From contig ML978128.1 of assembly GCA_010015805.1 (NCBI GenBank), positions 1,178,001 to 1,242,000 on the forward strand: 64,000 bases of DNA, given 5' to 3'. Shown piece after piece: positions 26,585 through 38,800 of the stretch. The notes below the pieces were generated by a model. It had not been told where the DNA came from and searched no databases. It saw only the letters and a list, made by a program, of their open reading frames with translations. This stretch comes from Rhizodiscina lignyota (lineage: Eukaryota). Each line of letters opens with the position of its first letter. The first letter of the stretch is position 1. Both the position numbers and the translations under genes were made by a program.

Positions 26585-26761
26585 ACACAATCTTTACTGA
26601 GTAAACAGACAATCAGGTCTATGCGCCGTGGTGCATAAGCTCTCATGAATGTCGCAGACCCGCCTGCCGCGCTTGCAGCCTTCATCGCCTCTTTACGATT
26701 CCGGCGCTCTCTGAGTCACCTCCGTGCTCGCGGCGCACGATATCAAGCTCAAAGAGCAAAG

Positions 26762-27148
26762 ATGGCGAATCCCAACATCTCGAGCCTCCTGCAGCTGCCA
26801 ATGGAGCTCTACGATCTCATCGAGTCGTACATGCCCCCGGACACTTTTATCACCTTCGCCTTCGCCGCCTACACCCAGCTCTACGATCGCGGCGACATTC
26901 CGAGGCTTACACAAAGATATCTGCGATTAATACTCAGCCCACCACCCCAGACGAGCGGCCGCTTCTCGCGTCTGCCAGCGGAGCTTGTGCTCAACATCCT
27001 GCGCGGGATGAATCGACGCGACCAAGTGGCACTCGCTATTGCGGAGTACCACGACTTCAGGCGCCTGGGAATTGCACCTGCGATCTCGCCGACGATTAGG
27101 TACGAGTTATTCGTTGCATGCCTGAGGGGCAGACACGACCCTACTTGA
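26762..27148 (+). CDS. Small (128-aa) protein with two tandem F-box-like repeats
   Basis: Motifs LLQLPMELYDLIESYM and FSRLPAELVLNILRGM; ATG in an AAAGATGG context. An alternative in-frame ATG lies at 26645. Confidence 0.7.
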   Translation: MANPNISSLLQLPMELYDLIESYMPPDTFITFAFAAYTQLYDRGDIPRLTQRYLRLILSPPPQTSGRFSRLPAELVLNILRGMNRRDQVALAIAEYHDFRRLGIAPAISPTIRYELFVACLRGRHDPT

Positions 27149-29146
27149 GGCCAATATGGGTTTGCTAAAACTGGACATTATCTAGGTGGCAGCTCTTGTG
27201 GGCCGCCTTCTGGCAATGTGAAGATGAAAGGCCGATCCCAAGGGCAGGGATGCGATATACGCTCTGCTTGTTTCCGCCCCATAGGGTTCGGCGCAGGCGC
27301 TCTAAAACCTGGTAAGAGCGAACAGACCTCTGTGCTCTGACTTTGATTACGCGACTGCTAGCAGCTGGTGGCATTTCGGTCTATGGTTTTGATGTTGAAG
27401 CACAATGAATGCCATTGAGGATGGTGGCATGAGAAATCCTACTACGGAGGTCATCTGGGCGACGGTACGATCCGGACAGCAGTGCAGTGGGATGAACTGA
27501 GGCAACGAGTTAACGACCTCGATAAAAAAAAAACTCAAAACTTGGTTGATCATATGATAGCAGATAACATCTTGCTATTAGGTGACTCGTTATCTCTACA
27601 AGAGCTATCCCGCATTTAAGCAGCAAAATCTCATCCACATAGGCAACCCCGGAACCATTACCGATGAGTTTCTGGTTTGTTTTTGGAACTCCCATCGACC
27701 GTAAAGATAGCGAGGCCGTATCTGTCCGAGTCATTGAGAAACACTGGCCCGTATTCCGACGTGCTCTGTTTATGATCTCCAATAATGCTCCACCTTCCCA
27801 TGGTATCGACGATGTCATCTGGTATATCCACGTCGCCGGGTTGTCTTCATCAAGCCCCGGGTGAAGGTTGCTCCCACCTTCATGCTACCATGAACATGCT
27901 CAGCGTGAGTAAACATGGAAGGCTGTCACTGCAAGGGAGATTCATGCATGAACTTGGGATTATCTTGGAGTGCCGTGCCCGTGGTTCTTTAATGTCGTAC
28001 CTGCGCCTCAATACCGACAATTCGTAACGGATCCTACTAGTAACTAGTTGAAGACCTTGACATGCTTGGCTTTTTGTCCCATGGCAGTGCCACCTGCTTT
28101 ATCCCTCCGCAGCGTACTCGTACCGAGCTTGATGATGCACAAGGGAACGTCTACGTTGATACTCTCTCTAACTAACCTGCGTAATCGTTGAACCAGCTCA
28201 TCTATCGAGCTATCGAAGAGAATTAGTAGTTGCCGTTGTTGTTGGATCACCTCGTCGGATTTATAGAGCACCGACCCGATGGTAGTGCCTGTATCGTCAG
28301 CAGGCAAACAATCTTATAGAGTCTTCAAGAGACCAGTGACATCTCAGAAAATCTCGAGCAATCGACTAATCGACTTCGCTGCTGGCAGGTGTTTGCCGCC
28401 AAAGGCTATCGGCACGGTTTTGTCTTGCTTTCGTTGTCCGGACACTATTGCCAACCCAAACAATGCTGCAGAACAATGAAATTGTGGAGTTGGCGTCCAA
28501 GTTTGCCAGGCGGTGTGGAGATTCCGTTTATACTGTCCGAGACGCAGTGATACATGGAAATGCTGTGTCGCCTTAGCTGTGGTACAACGGCGACCGACAT
28601 CAGCCGACCGCCTATCCGCAAAGAACGCAGGTCCGAAGACGATCTGAAAAGCTCGGGTATGTCGCACAGAAGATACTGTAATAACTGGGTACGTCATAAC
28701 CCACAGAAAAGGTATCGTTCAGATCCATTTGAAGCCAATTGGATAGCCGTGGCAGCATTCGTCACAGCGCCCAGAGATGTTGTATTCCGGCTGGGTTATC
28801 AATTGAGGAAATACGCACTTTGTGCCTTGCAGGGACGATATTGGTGAAGATTTTGTGGTCGTGAACATAAGTATGATCTGAACTGTGTGCCCTGTTAGAA
28901 TAGGCACTCAGTGTTCTCCTCATGCTCCTTGCTTCTCCATTTCTCGGTCACTCAGTCAAGCATCGGTGCTTCTATTCGAACTCGTCTGCTCCGAAGGGAA
29001 AGATAAGGACTCGCTGTCTAGTCCTTAAGCTCTGAAAGCTCTGTCATATCCGGGGAAGCCCTGGTCTCAACGGTGGTGTGTTCTGATAGTCAAACAACCC
29101 AATTGAGTATTTGCCTGTCTAGGTCTCAAGAGCTCCGAGTGGCAAT

Positions 29147-29643
29147 ATGAATACCTTCGCTATTGTGAGTGTTTATCAGCAGTCAAGTGAAGTAGAAGCT
29201 GATTCCTTCAGGTGGCATACTTCATGCTAGCGATCGCTATCGCCGACGCTCAATTCTGCCCTGCAAATGAGACCTGTGCGGACACGAGCGTGCCCTATGC
29301 CGTCCTCCAGATCAAAGCGACTCCAGAGTGCTCCGGGCCAAACGTCACGATACAGCAGTGCATGCCGGCCGAGTGTATCGCAACAGCTTCCTTCCTCTCA
29401 TCATCAAGCGGAACATTTGGATTTCGTGGCACACTCGTAAATGGTGGATACAGCTACGTCCCAACAATCCAACTCTTTCCTGGAAGAGACTGTGTGGAAG
29501 ACGCTAGCGATCTTGGAACGAAGAGTTGGACGTTGCAATTCAGCAGCGTTGATGGAGTGGGTCGGATGCAGACGGCATGCCATAGATTCGCTGTCAACGG
29601 CACGGTGCCCGCATCGGTGAAGCTTAATGTGAGGAGAGTTTAG
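29147..29643 (+). CDS. Small secreted Cys-rich protein (candidate effector); exons 29147-29164, 29212-29643
   Basis: A GTGAGT...GCTGAT...CAG intron restores the signal peptide MNTFAIVAYFMLAIAIADA. About 149 aa with 7 Cys. Confidence 0.78.
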
Positions 29644-31800
29644 GGTTATAACTGCATTAGAGATGGAGACAATGTAAAATGCTTAGCAAGCAGGGCAGAG
29701 ACTGTGTAGAAATCATGAGACTGTTCATGCAAGATGCTGAGATGCGTGGAAAATAAACGGCTAGATACGAGATGAGAGAAGCTAAAAGATAAAAGGTACC
29801 ACTACCTGCATCTTCATCGGCGATCTCTTAGGACATCGCAGTACATGTCTTTTCTTCGAAAATCGAGGTGGAAGTGAAAACGGATACCGATGGAACTGCG
29901 ATAGGGAGCAGTTATGGCCGCTAATCAGCAGTAGTAGCCCCCCGCAAAGCTACGGCGAACTGCAGCCGCAATTCAGACTCTACCCCCGTACCCCAGTTTC
30001 ACTCTCCATCTGAGCCTCGAGATCGTCCAGGCACAGCCCGGGCACGGCCACTTGTTGGATTCTCCTCGAGGATTCAGCCTACTATAGTAAGTACAAGCTT
30101 TCACCGCAAATCTTTCTGCCTTCTGTCGCATTGCGTGTCTATTGTTCGCTCGCTCGCTTAACAAGGAGGATTGCGACCGCGCGCCGCTCTGCTTCGCACG
30201 AAAGCGAGGCCGCACTTACGCGGCATCAAGGCAGCGGCCGCGACAGCGACGACGACAACTTTTAATCTACGACGACCATCCGTAATCCAAATTGGGTATG
30301 CCATGCGAGAGTAGTCATCAGCAGCATTCACATCCGAGGCAGCAGCAAAAAGCCAACGCCGTGGACATGCAGCCAGACCTTCCTCCTCATCCGGCTCGTC
30401 TGGGTCTCATCTCATCCGGCGACGTTAGTCCGCTGTGCTGAAAGATTAGTTGTTGCGCCGAGCGACGAAGCAACCGTTGTTTTGGCCTCAATTTGACCCC
30501 TCACGTCAGGCGCGCACATTCTGGCCACGTCTGAGGAGGGCCAGCCGTTATGTAGGGCTGACCAAGCTCCCAAGCCAACCACGCCGCCTGCAGGCCAGCG
30601 AAACGGCGACCACGTGAAACATGTTTGCGGCATTCGGGCACCGAAAAGAGCACGCGCGCCTCCGATTCGTCCAGCACACCGACGGTGAGATCGTAGCCCC
30701 CGGACGGTACGGATCTTAAGGGAGGCCGTCTTTGGCAAGGCCCCTGTCACCACCGTCTGGAAGGTGGGCGGAAGCGGAAGGGGTTAACGGCGCGGAGTGG
30801 CTCGCCGAGCAACGAAGGTCGAGAGGGGGCCATCTGGAGAAGGTCATTCCCTCGTCCGTAAGGCTGATGACTAGTGGACGGGTGCGAGGGCACGAAGACA
30901 CCCGAGTCCCAGACAGCAGCGAAGCCTAAACGTTCCGCAAACGTCCCGAGGCCGGGTTCTACGGACGATGGGCGTTGCCATTGTGACCGACTGAGGCATC
31001 ACTCGTCAAATTCACGCGGAAGGGCGGCATGCGCGACTTTTCAGATGCAGGAAGCGCTGCGCGTTCCTTTGTATGCTCTGCATCGTGACATTATCACCGA
31101 TGCCTCATCGGAATAACTGGTGGAGGCTCTGACAGCTAAGGAGCAAGATGATCGACGACCGCTTTCCAAGTTGAGGGGCTTTTTCGGTTCAGAAACATGA
31201 GTGTGTGCCAAGTGTGCGGTGTTCGCTTGGTGATGGCCTCCAGCTTGTTTGATAATCTTGATTACGGCTGATCTGCTGAATGTGCTGATCTAATTCACGT
31301 TCGAAGGCCTTCTTTCGGGGGCCGGATCAGGGTCGGCTGCGAAATCACAGCGAGATTGACCACAGGGATTCATCCCTGCGACTGCAGCGGCTTTGGCGGA
31401 TTCAAGGGCCGGGGTTAAGGTTTGACAAGTCACAGTGGAAGAGTCATGTTGTTGCTATGGTGAAAATTTGTTTCAATGGGCACATGAGCATGCAATGGCA
31501 AAAAGTGGAGGCGAAAAGTTTTGTTTGTGCGATTCAAGATCGCGATGTTTGATTTTCTTTAGTCTGCCTAGATACATGATTTGCAAGGTTCTCGACCATG
31601 TCTGCCAAAAAGCCGCAGTGGGAGAGCCCTGCTGAGTGCATCTCCATTCCAGCGAAATAATAGGAATTAGAGAATGCTATCCGTCCATACATCGTTGAGT
31701 GGAAATGAAATTGAATGATTGGTAGTCGCTCGCTGAAAACGCTCAAATGCTTCGCTATGCTCGCTGTGTGAAGACAGTAAGGATGTTGAGTCTTGCTTGT

Positions 31801-32586
31801 CTAACAAGCGGCTATGAGCGGAGCTTGATTGCGGTCGGGTATGAAATACCCGTTCTCGACGAAGTCTGCCTCTTCCGTGCCAGTCATCACAACTCCCTTC
31901 TGGTCGAAGAAGGCGGTTGTGGCAATTGCTTGTCGTTGTTGCTCTGAGAATTCAAGCGCGAGATGTGGGGGCGAGGTTGGTGGGGATTCGTCGTCAGAGT
32001 CGGAGTCGTCAACGAGCTCTGGTGGTTGTTGTGCTGACTGGCCGGAGACTGTCCGGACCAGTGCGTGCTCCTCATCGTCCTCAAGATCCTCAAACTCGTC
32101 ATCGGAGTCCACCTCTTGCGTTGTGATGGAGACTGGTGGTGATCGGATGCGGCGGAGGGGTGCGGAGAAGGTGTAGTCCTCCTCATCATCATCGCTGTCC
32201 GATGTGTCGGAAGCAGCGTCGTCGAGCTCCTCGTCCTCCTCTGCGTCCTCTTGGATCGTATCTATCCACTGGATGTGCTTTGGCTCCTCTGCCTTCGCTG
32301 CCTTCTGAACGGTCTGGTTGAACCACGCCTCCTGCTCCCGCTCCGCCTCGTGAAGATCAAGCATCAGAGAGTCGAGGAGATTGGCGTGGCCGACGAGGAG
32401 TCGAAGGTTGTGGTCTGGCCTGCAGGCCTCCTTGCCAAGCTTCGTCCTTGCCGAAGCGGCGATGAAGTATGTCTGGGAGAGCGACATCTTCTGCTTCTTC
32501 TGTGGTGGTGAGGAGGTTCGGCTGTTGGTGGAGTAGGCTTGAGCCTCTTCCTCAAAGTTGGTCTGGATTCGTAGTCGGGAAGGCAT
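31801..32586 (-). CDS. Ecm13-family protein (acidic, mostly disordered)
   Basis: Conserved block YFIAASARTKLGKEACRPDHNLRLLVGHANLLDSL, a PPELVDD motif and acidic tracts. Confidence 0.85.
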   Translation of the reverse strand: MPSRLRIQTNFEEEAQAYSTNSRTSSPPQKKQKMSLSQTYFIAASARTKLGKEACRPDHNLRLLVGHANLLDSLMLDLHEAEREQEAWFNQTVQKAAKAEEPKHIQWIDTIQEDAEEDEELDDAASDTSDSDDDEEDYTFSAPLRRIRSPPVSITTQEVDSDDEFEDLEDDEEHALVRTVSGQSAQQPPELVDDSDSDDESPPTSPPHLALEFSEQQRQAIATTAFFDQKGVVMTGTEEADFVENGYFIPDRNQAPLIAAC

Positions 32587-35500
32587 TGCTGCTGGAATGC
32601 CTGGGCTTTTATGGGTTGTTGATGTTTCTGCCTGGGTGTTGTTTGCTGGGTCCTGTTCTGCCTGTAGGGCTGAGGGCCGGTGACAGTGTACTATTGCAGA
32701 GAGTGGTCCTTTGATGTGAGACGCGTTTGTGCAAGTGCCTTTGATAGTGGAATGTATCTGGCTTTGTACCTGTCACTTGGTAGAAGATGATGATGATGTG
32801 AATGATCAGAAAGGCCCATTCGGAGCAGCGGGTGGTAAGGGTTCTTTAATAATTCGAATTGCGCTGGAGTAAACTGAGCATGACACGCAGCTCGGACGGT
32901 GTAAACCCATGCAAAGCCGCTGCGGCCGAATATCCAGGGACTGGGCAGGGATGGCGTGCAGGGGGTGTGAGTGTGCTCACCGCTGCGTATGACACCAAGA
33001 TGCGCTTACGCTACCAGACCATCATACATGATCCCTAATCGCCGAGTAGGGTCGCCTAGCTCGTTCCTCGTCCGGTCACTTGCACTCGGGCTTAGGATTG
33101 CGTTTTCCTCCCCATTGCTCCGTAAGCCCACGCTACCGAGTTCTTTCGTCCCTTCTTCCGTGGAGACAATGGGCACAAGAAGGGCTGATTAAACTCCGAC
33201 CAGTAATTACTCTCTCGTCCGCTCCGTTTCCAAAGCACGGCGCAGAGTTAGAGAGCATCTTCCTTTGCCATTCCAGGCATCGCGCTTCGCCATTCATGAC
33301 GTCCTACACTGTCGCAATCCTGAGGCGTACACTCGCTACTTTTTGCGGTTGCTTGTCGCGCTCGCGAAATGTCCCCAATGCGTGACTTAGTGTCGCTCAA
33401 GCCTCCAAATTGCCCACTGGGACTGTATCGCTGCATAGGAGCGTACGCTTTGCGAGCTCGTACGAGCGCGCTGCCCAGCGCTGATGCGTACTTCGTTTAT
33501 TGCGCCTCAATTCGTGCACCGCTCACGCTGCCCTGCGTGCCAATGCCACGCACTCCGCTTCCCCCAATTGAAGTGCTGGGCAAGCCACAGCAAGCATGCC
33601 TTGTAGGGTTTCGTCGTGCAATTCCTCTGCATGCCTCAGAAGGTTGCCTTGTGTCCACAGGGCGCACTTTGGTTACAGTTGGCTTGTCTTGCGATTAGAA
33701 AGCGCCCGCCAATCCACGCGGCCTAGTCATGGATCGCATTTACACGTATCTCCGCCTTGGAGTCACTGCTTGCGATCTTTGGCTTCGGGTCCGCCGAATG
33801 AAAATGCATGAATTGCGCCCGGAAACTTTCTTTGTCTCGCTGTCCGCAAAGGGCATCCGAATCGTCGCGGTGATCGTCGTACGGGCGAACGAGCGAACGA
33901 GCACTTCCGCCCTACGGCCGGTCGCACCGCCAACTAACTGCACGGGGACGCTGGCCTCCCGCTTCCGCTCCACCAACACCCATAACCATAACCTTAACGT
34001 TATCCATGGATGCTCTTGAACAGCATCACGATACGAAACGCTACCTGCTGCCCAGGGAAAGAGCACAAATTCCTGGATGAAGATAATGCACTCGCATCAT
34101 CAAGACAAAGCGACTCGCAGATGGAACTTCAACAGCACGGCTTTCATTGACGGAATTACTCACAGGCGCTGCATCAAGCACATGTCCTGGCATGTACAAC
34201 ATTCTGCGCTTCTCATAGGGCTGCTTTGATGACTGAGGACGAAGTTTCTCGGCCGGTGGTGGCATTTTGGTGCTTAGCAATGCTCTGTTGGTGCCAGGAT
34301 AAGCAGCCTGATCGTGACGTTCCATTCGCTAACGGTGCGAAAGGGCGTTATCCCTAGCTTAAACGGGCAATTTCGAGTCCGTCCGTGGGCCATTGCTCTT
34401 GCTTAGGAGTCGCGAAAAGTTTGACCTCAAAGCAACAATACTCCACCCCCCAGCAAATTGAAGTGACGTCGTAGGTACCGCGAGACAGAAAGCTCAACCA
34501 CACCGACGTCATTAGTAGAATGCCATTGGAATTGGAGTTGGGGTATATCATGGGCCGCAATTCACTTCGGCAAGCCACCACGGAAGAAGTGTCTCGCCGA
34601 AGCGGCCCGCCGATTTCAAGCCGCACAATCTCCTCCTGCCCTCCATGAACCGCAGCTGACAAAACTCTTGCAGCCTGCCAGACATTCCCTGTGAAAAGGG
34701 TCGCTATCGCATTCTTGGTGTAACACTGACTTTCACGATACCGCAATCACAAGAAGCGGCGTGCGGCAGCATATCGGTGGCATTATCTCAGCTCGCGCAA
34801 GCTAGTCATTATGAGCCATCGAGCTCCTATCCGATTGTAGCAATGTCGCGCGCACGCACTGCCTCTCCTTTTCAGCCTCAGGGAACGCCGACACAATTTC
34901 GCTTCTCGCCTCTCCTATCATTTCCCAATTTTCCCAAGGGAGTCACCTCCTCGTAGAAGAACCGGTCAGCACCAATTGGATTCTATTCACAGCGTTAATG
35001 CGGAACTATGTTAAGCCAAAATCATTCCTCTTCGCCTCCCTTCAATTAGCTCTGAGTCAATTCATGCTTGCAGAATTCCGCACTCTGTGATATTTCTGAA
35101 GTGACTAGCCTGCTTGGCTCCTTAGCCATTGATTCATTCCGCTTGCACTTCCCAATCTGGTGATGACACAGCCCCTAGAAGCTTGTTTGCCAGATTCCAA
35201 AGTTCTAGCGAGTGCCACAAGTCAGCCCTACATTATCCCTGCCATGAACGCCCGCCTTTGGCGAGAATGCAGCCCCCAAGCCCGCTTTGGGAAAGGCCAC
35301 CCTTGCGTTCTGAATCCTCACCGCTAGGCTCGCATTGTCAGAGACGGGTTAGCTCCACTCGGGCCGAACGTGTAGAAGCTCGTTTGCAGCCTCTTGGACA
35401 ACGGCTGCACTCTTCGGCTTCATCAACCTGGAGACTCCTCGCAACTGGTTTGCTCGACTATGTAGATCGATTCTTGCCTCATGGACTTCGCATATATCGC

Positions 35501-37301
35501 GATCCACGGACATTCGGAGAGCTGGTGGGTGCATTTCCGTGACGTCCCTCTGGACTGCCGACCTCAAAGTCCGATAGCCACCAGAACTCCAGTCCGATGC
35601 CCACCAGACCTCCGAGTGCCTTGAGCACTCTGAGTTGAGCCGCCACAATAAACATGCATGCAAAGCGCGCTTGACTTATTCTCACTGTAGGTACTTTACT
35701 TCCGTCGCTATTCCGAGAATTTGCATTTCCTCATTTCGTCCCGTGCCTACTCCCTATCCCTGCTATACTTGCTCGAACGAGCCCCCAGAAATCCGATACA
35801 TATATCGTAAGCTGCCCAAAAAGTCAGACCAATAGCATGGATTTAAAAATGGACGGAGTTGAACGGATTTACCATGGTCTCCCCCGCAAAGATTATCAGA
35901 TCTCCATCTACTGGATGCTGGAGTTTGTTCGGGGAGACAAGAGCTGGGTATATATTAGCGCTGACTGAGCCGACAGGCCTTTAAACTACTCGCTTCCACC
36001 CTTCAACACCAAGGCTCCGGATGACAGGCAAGAAGGGTCTCTCGCGTCCTGGTGCGAATCAGAACTCCATGTCGACTTTGGTGGAGAAGAAGTGGGGCCG
36101 GAATTCCTCAGCCTTACGCCAACCTTACGACCGTTGCGGACGAGATTCTTGTTCCTGAATCCGAAGCTTAGAATAGCAGTTTGTGGGCACGCAAGAACCT
36201 TGTGGAGCTCCCAGCCGCGGGCACAGGTTAACCCGTACTTAATAAGAGCCGAGGGAACCAGGGAGCTCGGACTGGGAATAAGGCACTATGTCTCCGAGCG
36301 AACACTTTGAGCACCTGCGCAAGGGCTGATGAGAGCTGCTGGGCCGTCACAACGGTGACTAGGGTACCGTGAGGCCTGGAATCTGCCAGACAGACTGCAT
36401 TTTCCTATCACGGGTTACCCAAAAGGGTATAGAGCGGACATCATGCCACGAAGTGGGACTCCGAGGTAGAGGTGATCACCAGGCCACAGATAATCACATA
36501 TACACGTATTCGGCCACCGGAGTTGCACCACTCTGTCCGACCGACTACTACGGGCATCACATGCTACTCGTGCAGCAAGCATGGTCAGAATATCACGTAG
36601 AAATCGCACCGCTCACCGTCGACAGTGCTTCCTGTACGTCGATCGCAACGAACTCCACAAACTTGGAAGAGAAGACTTTCTTGGGTGTACCAGAATTCGG
36701 TTCTCATATCTACTCCAAAAAGCAAAGATCTACACCCACGAGTCTTGGCCTGGTACAAGAGAGGGTGTATCTGACACTGATGTGGAATCAGAATTCATCC
36801 GCTCTCTGGTAATACCTCTCCTCTGGTTCGCGGGTACCCGCCAAAGACCGTGACCCACCCACCTGGGGCCATATAAGTCTACCACAGCCCGCCAACTGCG
36901 ACCGCGACCATCAGTCGATGGACACTCGCCCCGTTGTCGATCTCTCACTCGCGCCCAACCGAAGAAGTATGTCTCTTTTGTGGGGTATGCAGTAAGACGT
37001 TGACTTCGAGACTTGATATTACTACCAGTAGGACAAGATCAGCGTACACTCGAGCAGAACAGAGCATCGAGGCCCGCAAAACCAGATCCAGCCAGCTCCA
37101 GTTCAGAATGTGATAGCAGACTAACCATTCACTGGCGAGAGATGTACAAGGAACAGTATATTTCTTATGCTTCATATCTGGCTCGGTTCGTCTTTTTCAT
37201 CACATCGTCCATATCTGAATTGCCTTATCTTTTCGGCCCTCTCATTCGTGTCCTCGTAAGGATCTTCGGTCTGTTTCGCATTGCCGCTTTCCCCCACGTC
37301 T

Positions 37302-38800
37302 TCAGAACAGCCAAGCTTTCGCCATCTTCTCCATCTTCTCACTACTACCCTCACTGTTATCGCTTCCATTTCCAAACAAGCTGTTAATCCTCTCAACCCT
37401 GGAGCACCTCTCACTCATTGTCTCAAACACCATCTCTCTCTCAATCATTCCCGGCCCCAGTGTGATTGGCCACTCCGTAATCTCACTTCCCCTGTCCTTA
37501 CTTCCACTGATATTTCTCTTCAAATAATTCCCGTACACCTCCGGCGGCGATTGTACCAGGCCAACGGTGATCGTCGTCTCGTTGCCTAGCTTGCTCCCAC
37601 CCGCACTTTTGCCATCGTAGACCTCGCTAATGCCAGTGATGGGAGTGAGGGGGCTTTCACCGCGGCACCCAATCTCCAGGTCCGACGAGGCGCGCTTCCA
37701 ATGGAAGGGGTTCTTCATGAACCCAAAGTCTGCGCTTCCGCCGCGCGAGCCACGCACGCTATGCCGGGCGTATGTGTGTCTGGCCCTTGAAAGCTGCGTC
37801 TTCGTGATCGTGATGGAGTTCCGAGCGGTGGTGAGGAACTTGCGGAAGAGCGGCCGCAGCGTTGCGAACGACCCGGCAGCGATGCCGAGACCGCACTCCA
37901 GTGTGGACCAGATTGACAGATTGGTCGTGTTTACTGCATATTGCGTAAGCTCTGCTTGCCTTCAGGAAATAGGAAACTGGAGACGCACTGAAGAAGTCGT
38001 TTGTGACTTGTCCGATATCTCCCAGGTACACGAAGCGCACGAGCGACGCGATGCTGCCTCTTATAAAAGCGTTAGCAACCGAGCGATCGGCGAGGGTGTA
38101 ATCTCCAGATCACTTACAGTCCTCCCAGGCCTAGAATGATACCCAAGGATATCTTGGCCCGCTTATTCATTTTCGCGTCCCTCAGTATGAAGATGGGAAG
38201 GACTGTAAACGTCACGTCGCTAAGCGCTGTCACGCCCCCCAGCACAAACGACATCCCAAGCACTGATGGAGGGCTCACGCATTCGTTAAAAATCCTCTTC
38301 TCAACATAGAGCTCGGCGCTCTTTGGTACTCCGCATTGGAAGATGGCAAAAATCATCGTCGCAACACCCCAGACGGTGGAGATTGCCATGACACCATACA
38401 CAATCCAGCGATGGTGCTTCCTGATAATGACACGGAGAAGGAAGATGCCGACGGAGATTTTAAGCATTGTCTGCGTTGCACAGTAGAACGCATCGACAAT
38501 TATCCAGGCCTTGATGACGGCTAGGATCTCGGGGTACTTCATGAATTCGAGTTCCGTACGAGAGACGCTGATTTCCATGTCAGCACCTGAGAAGCCTGTG
38601 AAGAAGAGCTAGGCGAGCTCATTAGCTTGTGCCCCCTTGTAGCTGAAGGGAGATCGGAAGTATACCAGTGCAATTATCATGGTGATGTCGTCCCATCCAA
38701 CCGCTCTGATCAGGTAAAGCCGCGTGTGTAAACGCAGCACAATCGCGCTCCATGCTATAGCCAATAATACGATTGACACGACAAGAGGCGTGTAATCCAT
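37302..38800 (-). CDS. PTH11-like (non-CFEM) rhodopsin-domain integral membrane protein, 4 exons
   Basis: LRLHTR...VGWDD, KISVGIFLLRV, IFQC, DVTFTVLPIFIL..AKM, SIASLVR, IWSTLECGLGIAAGSFATLRPL. Confidence 0.9.
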
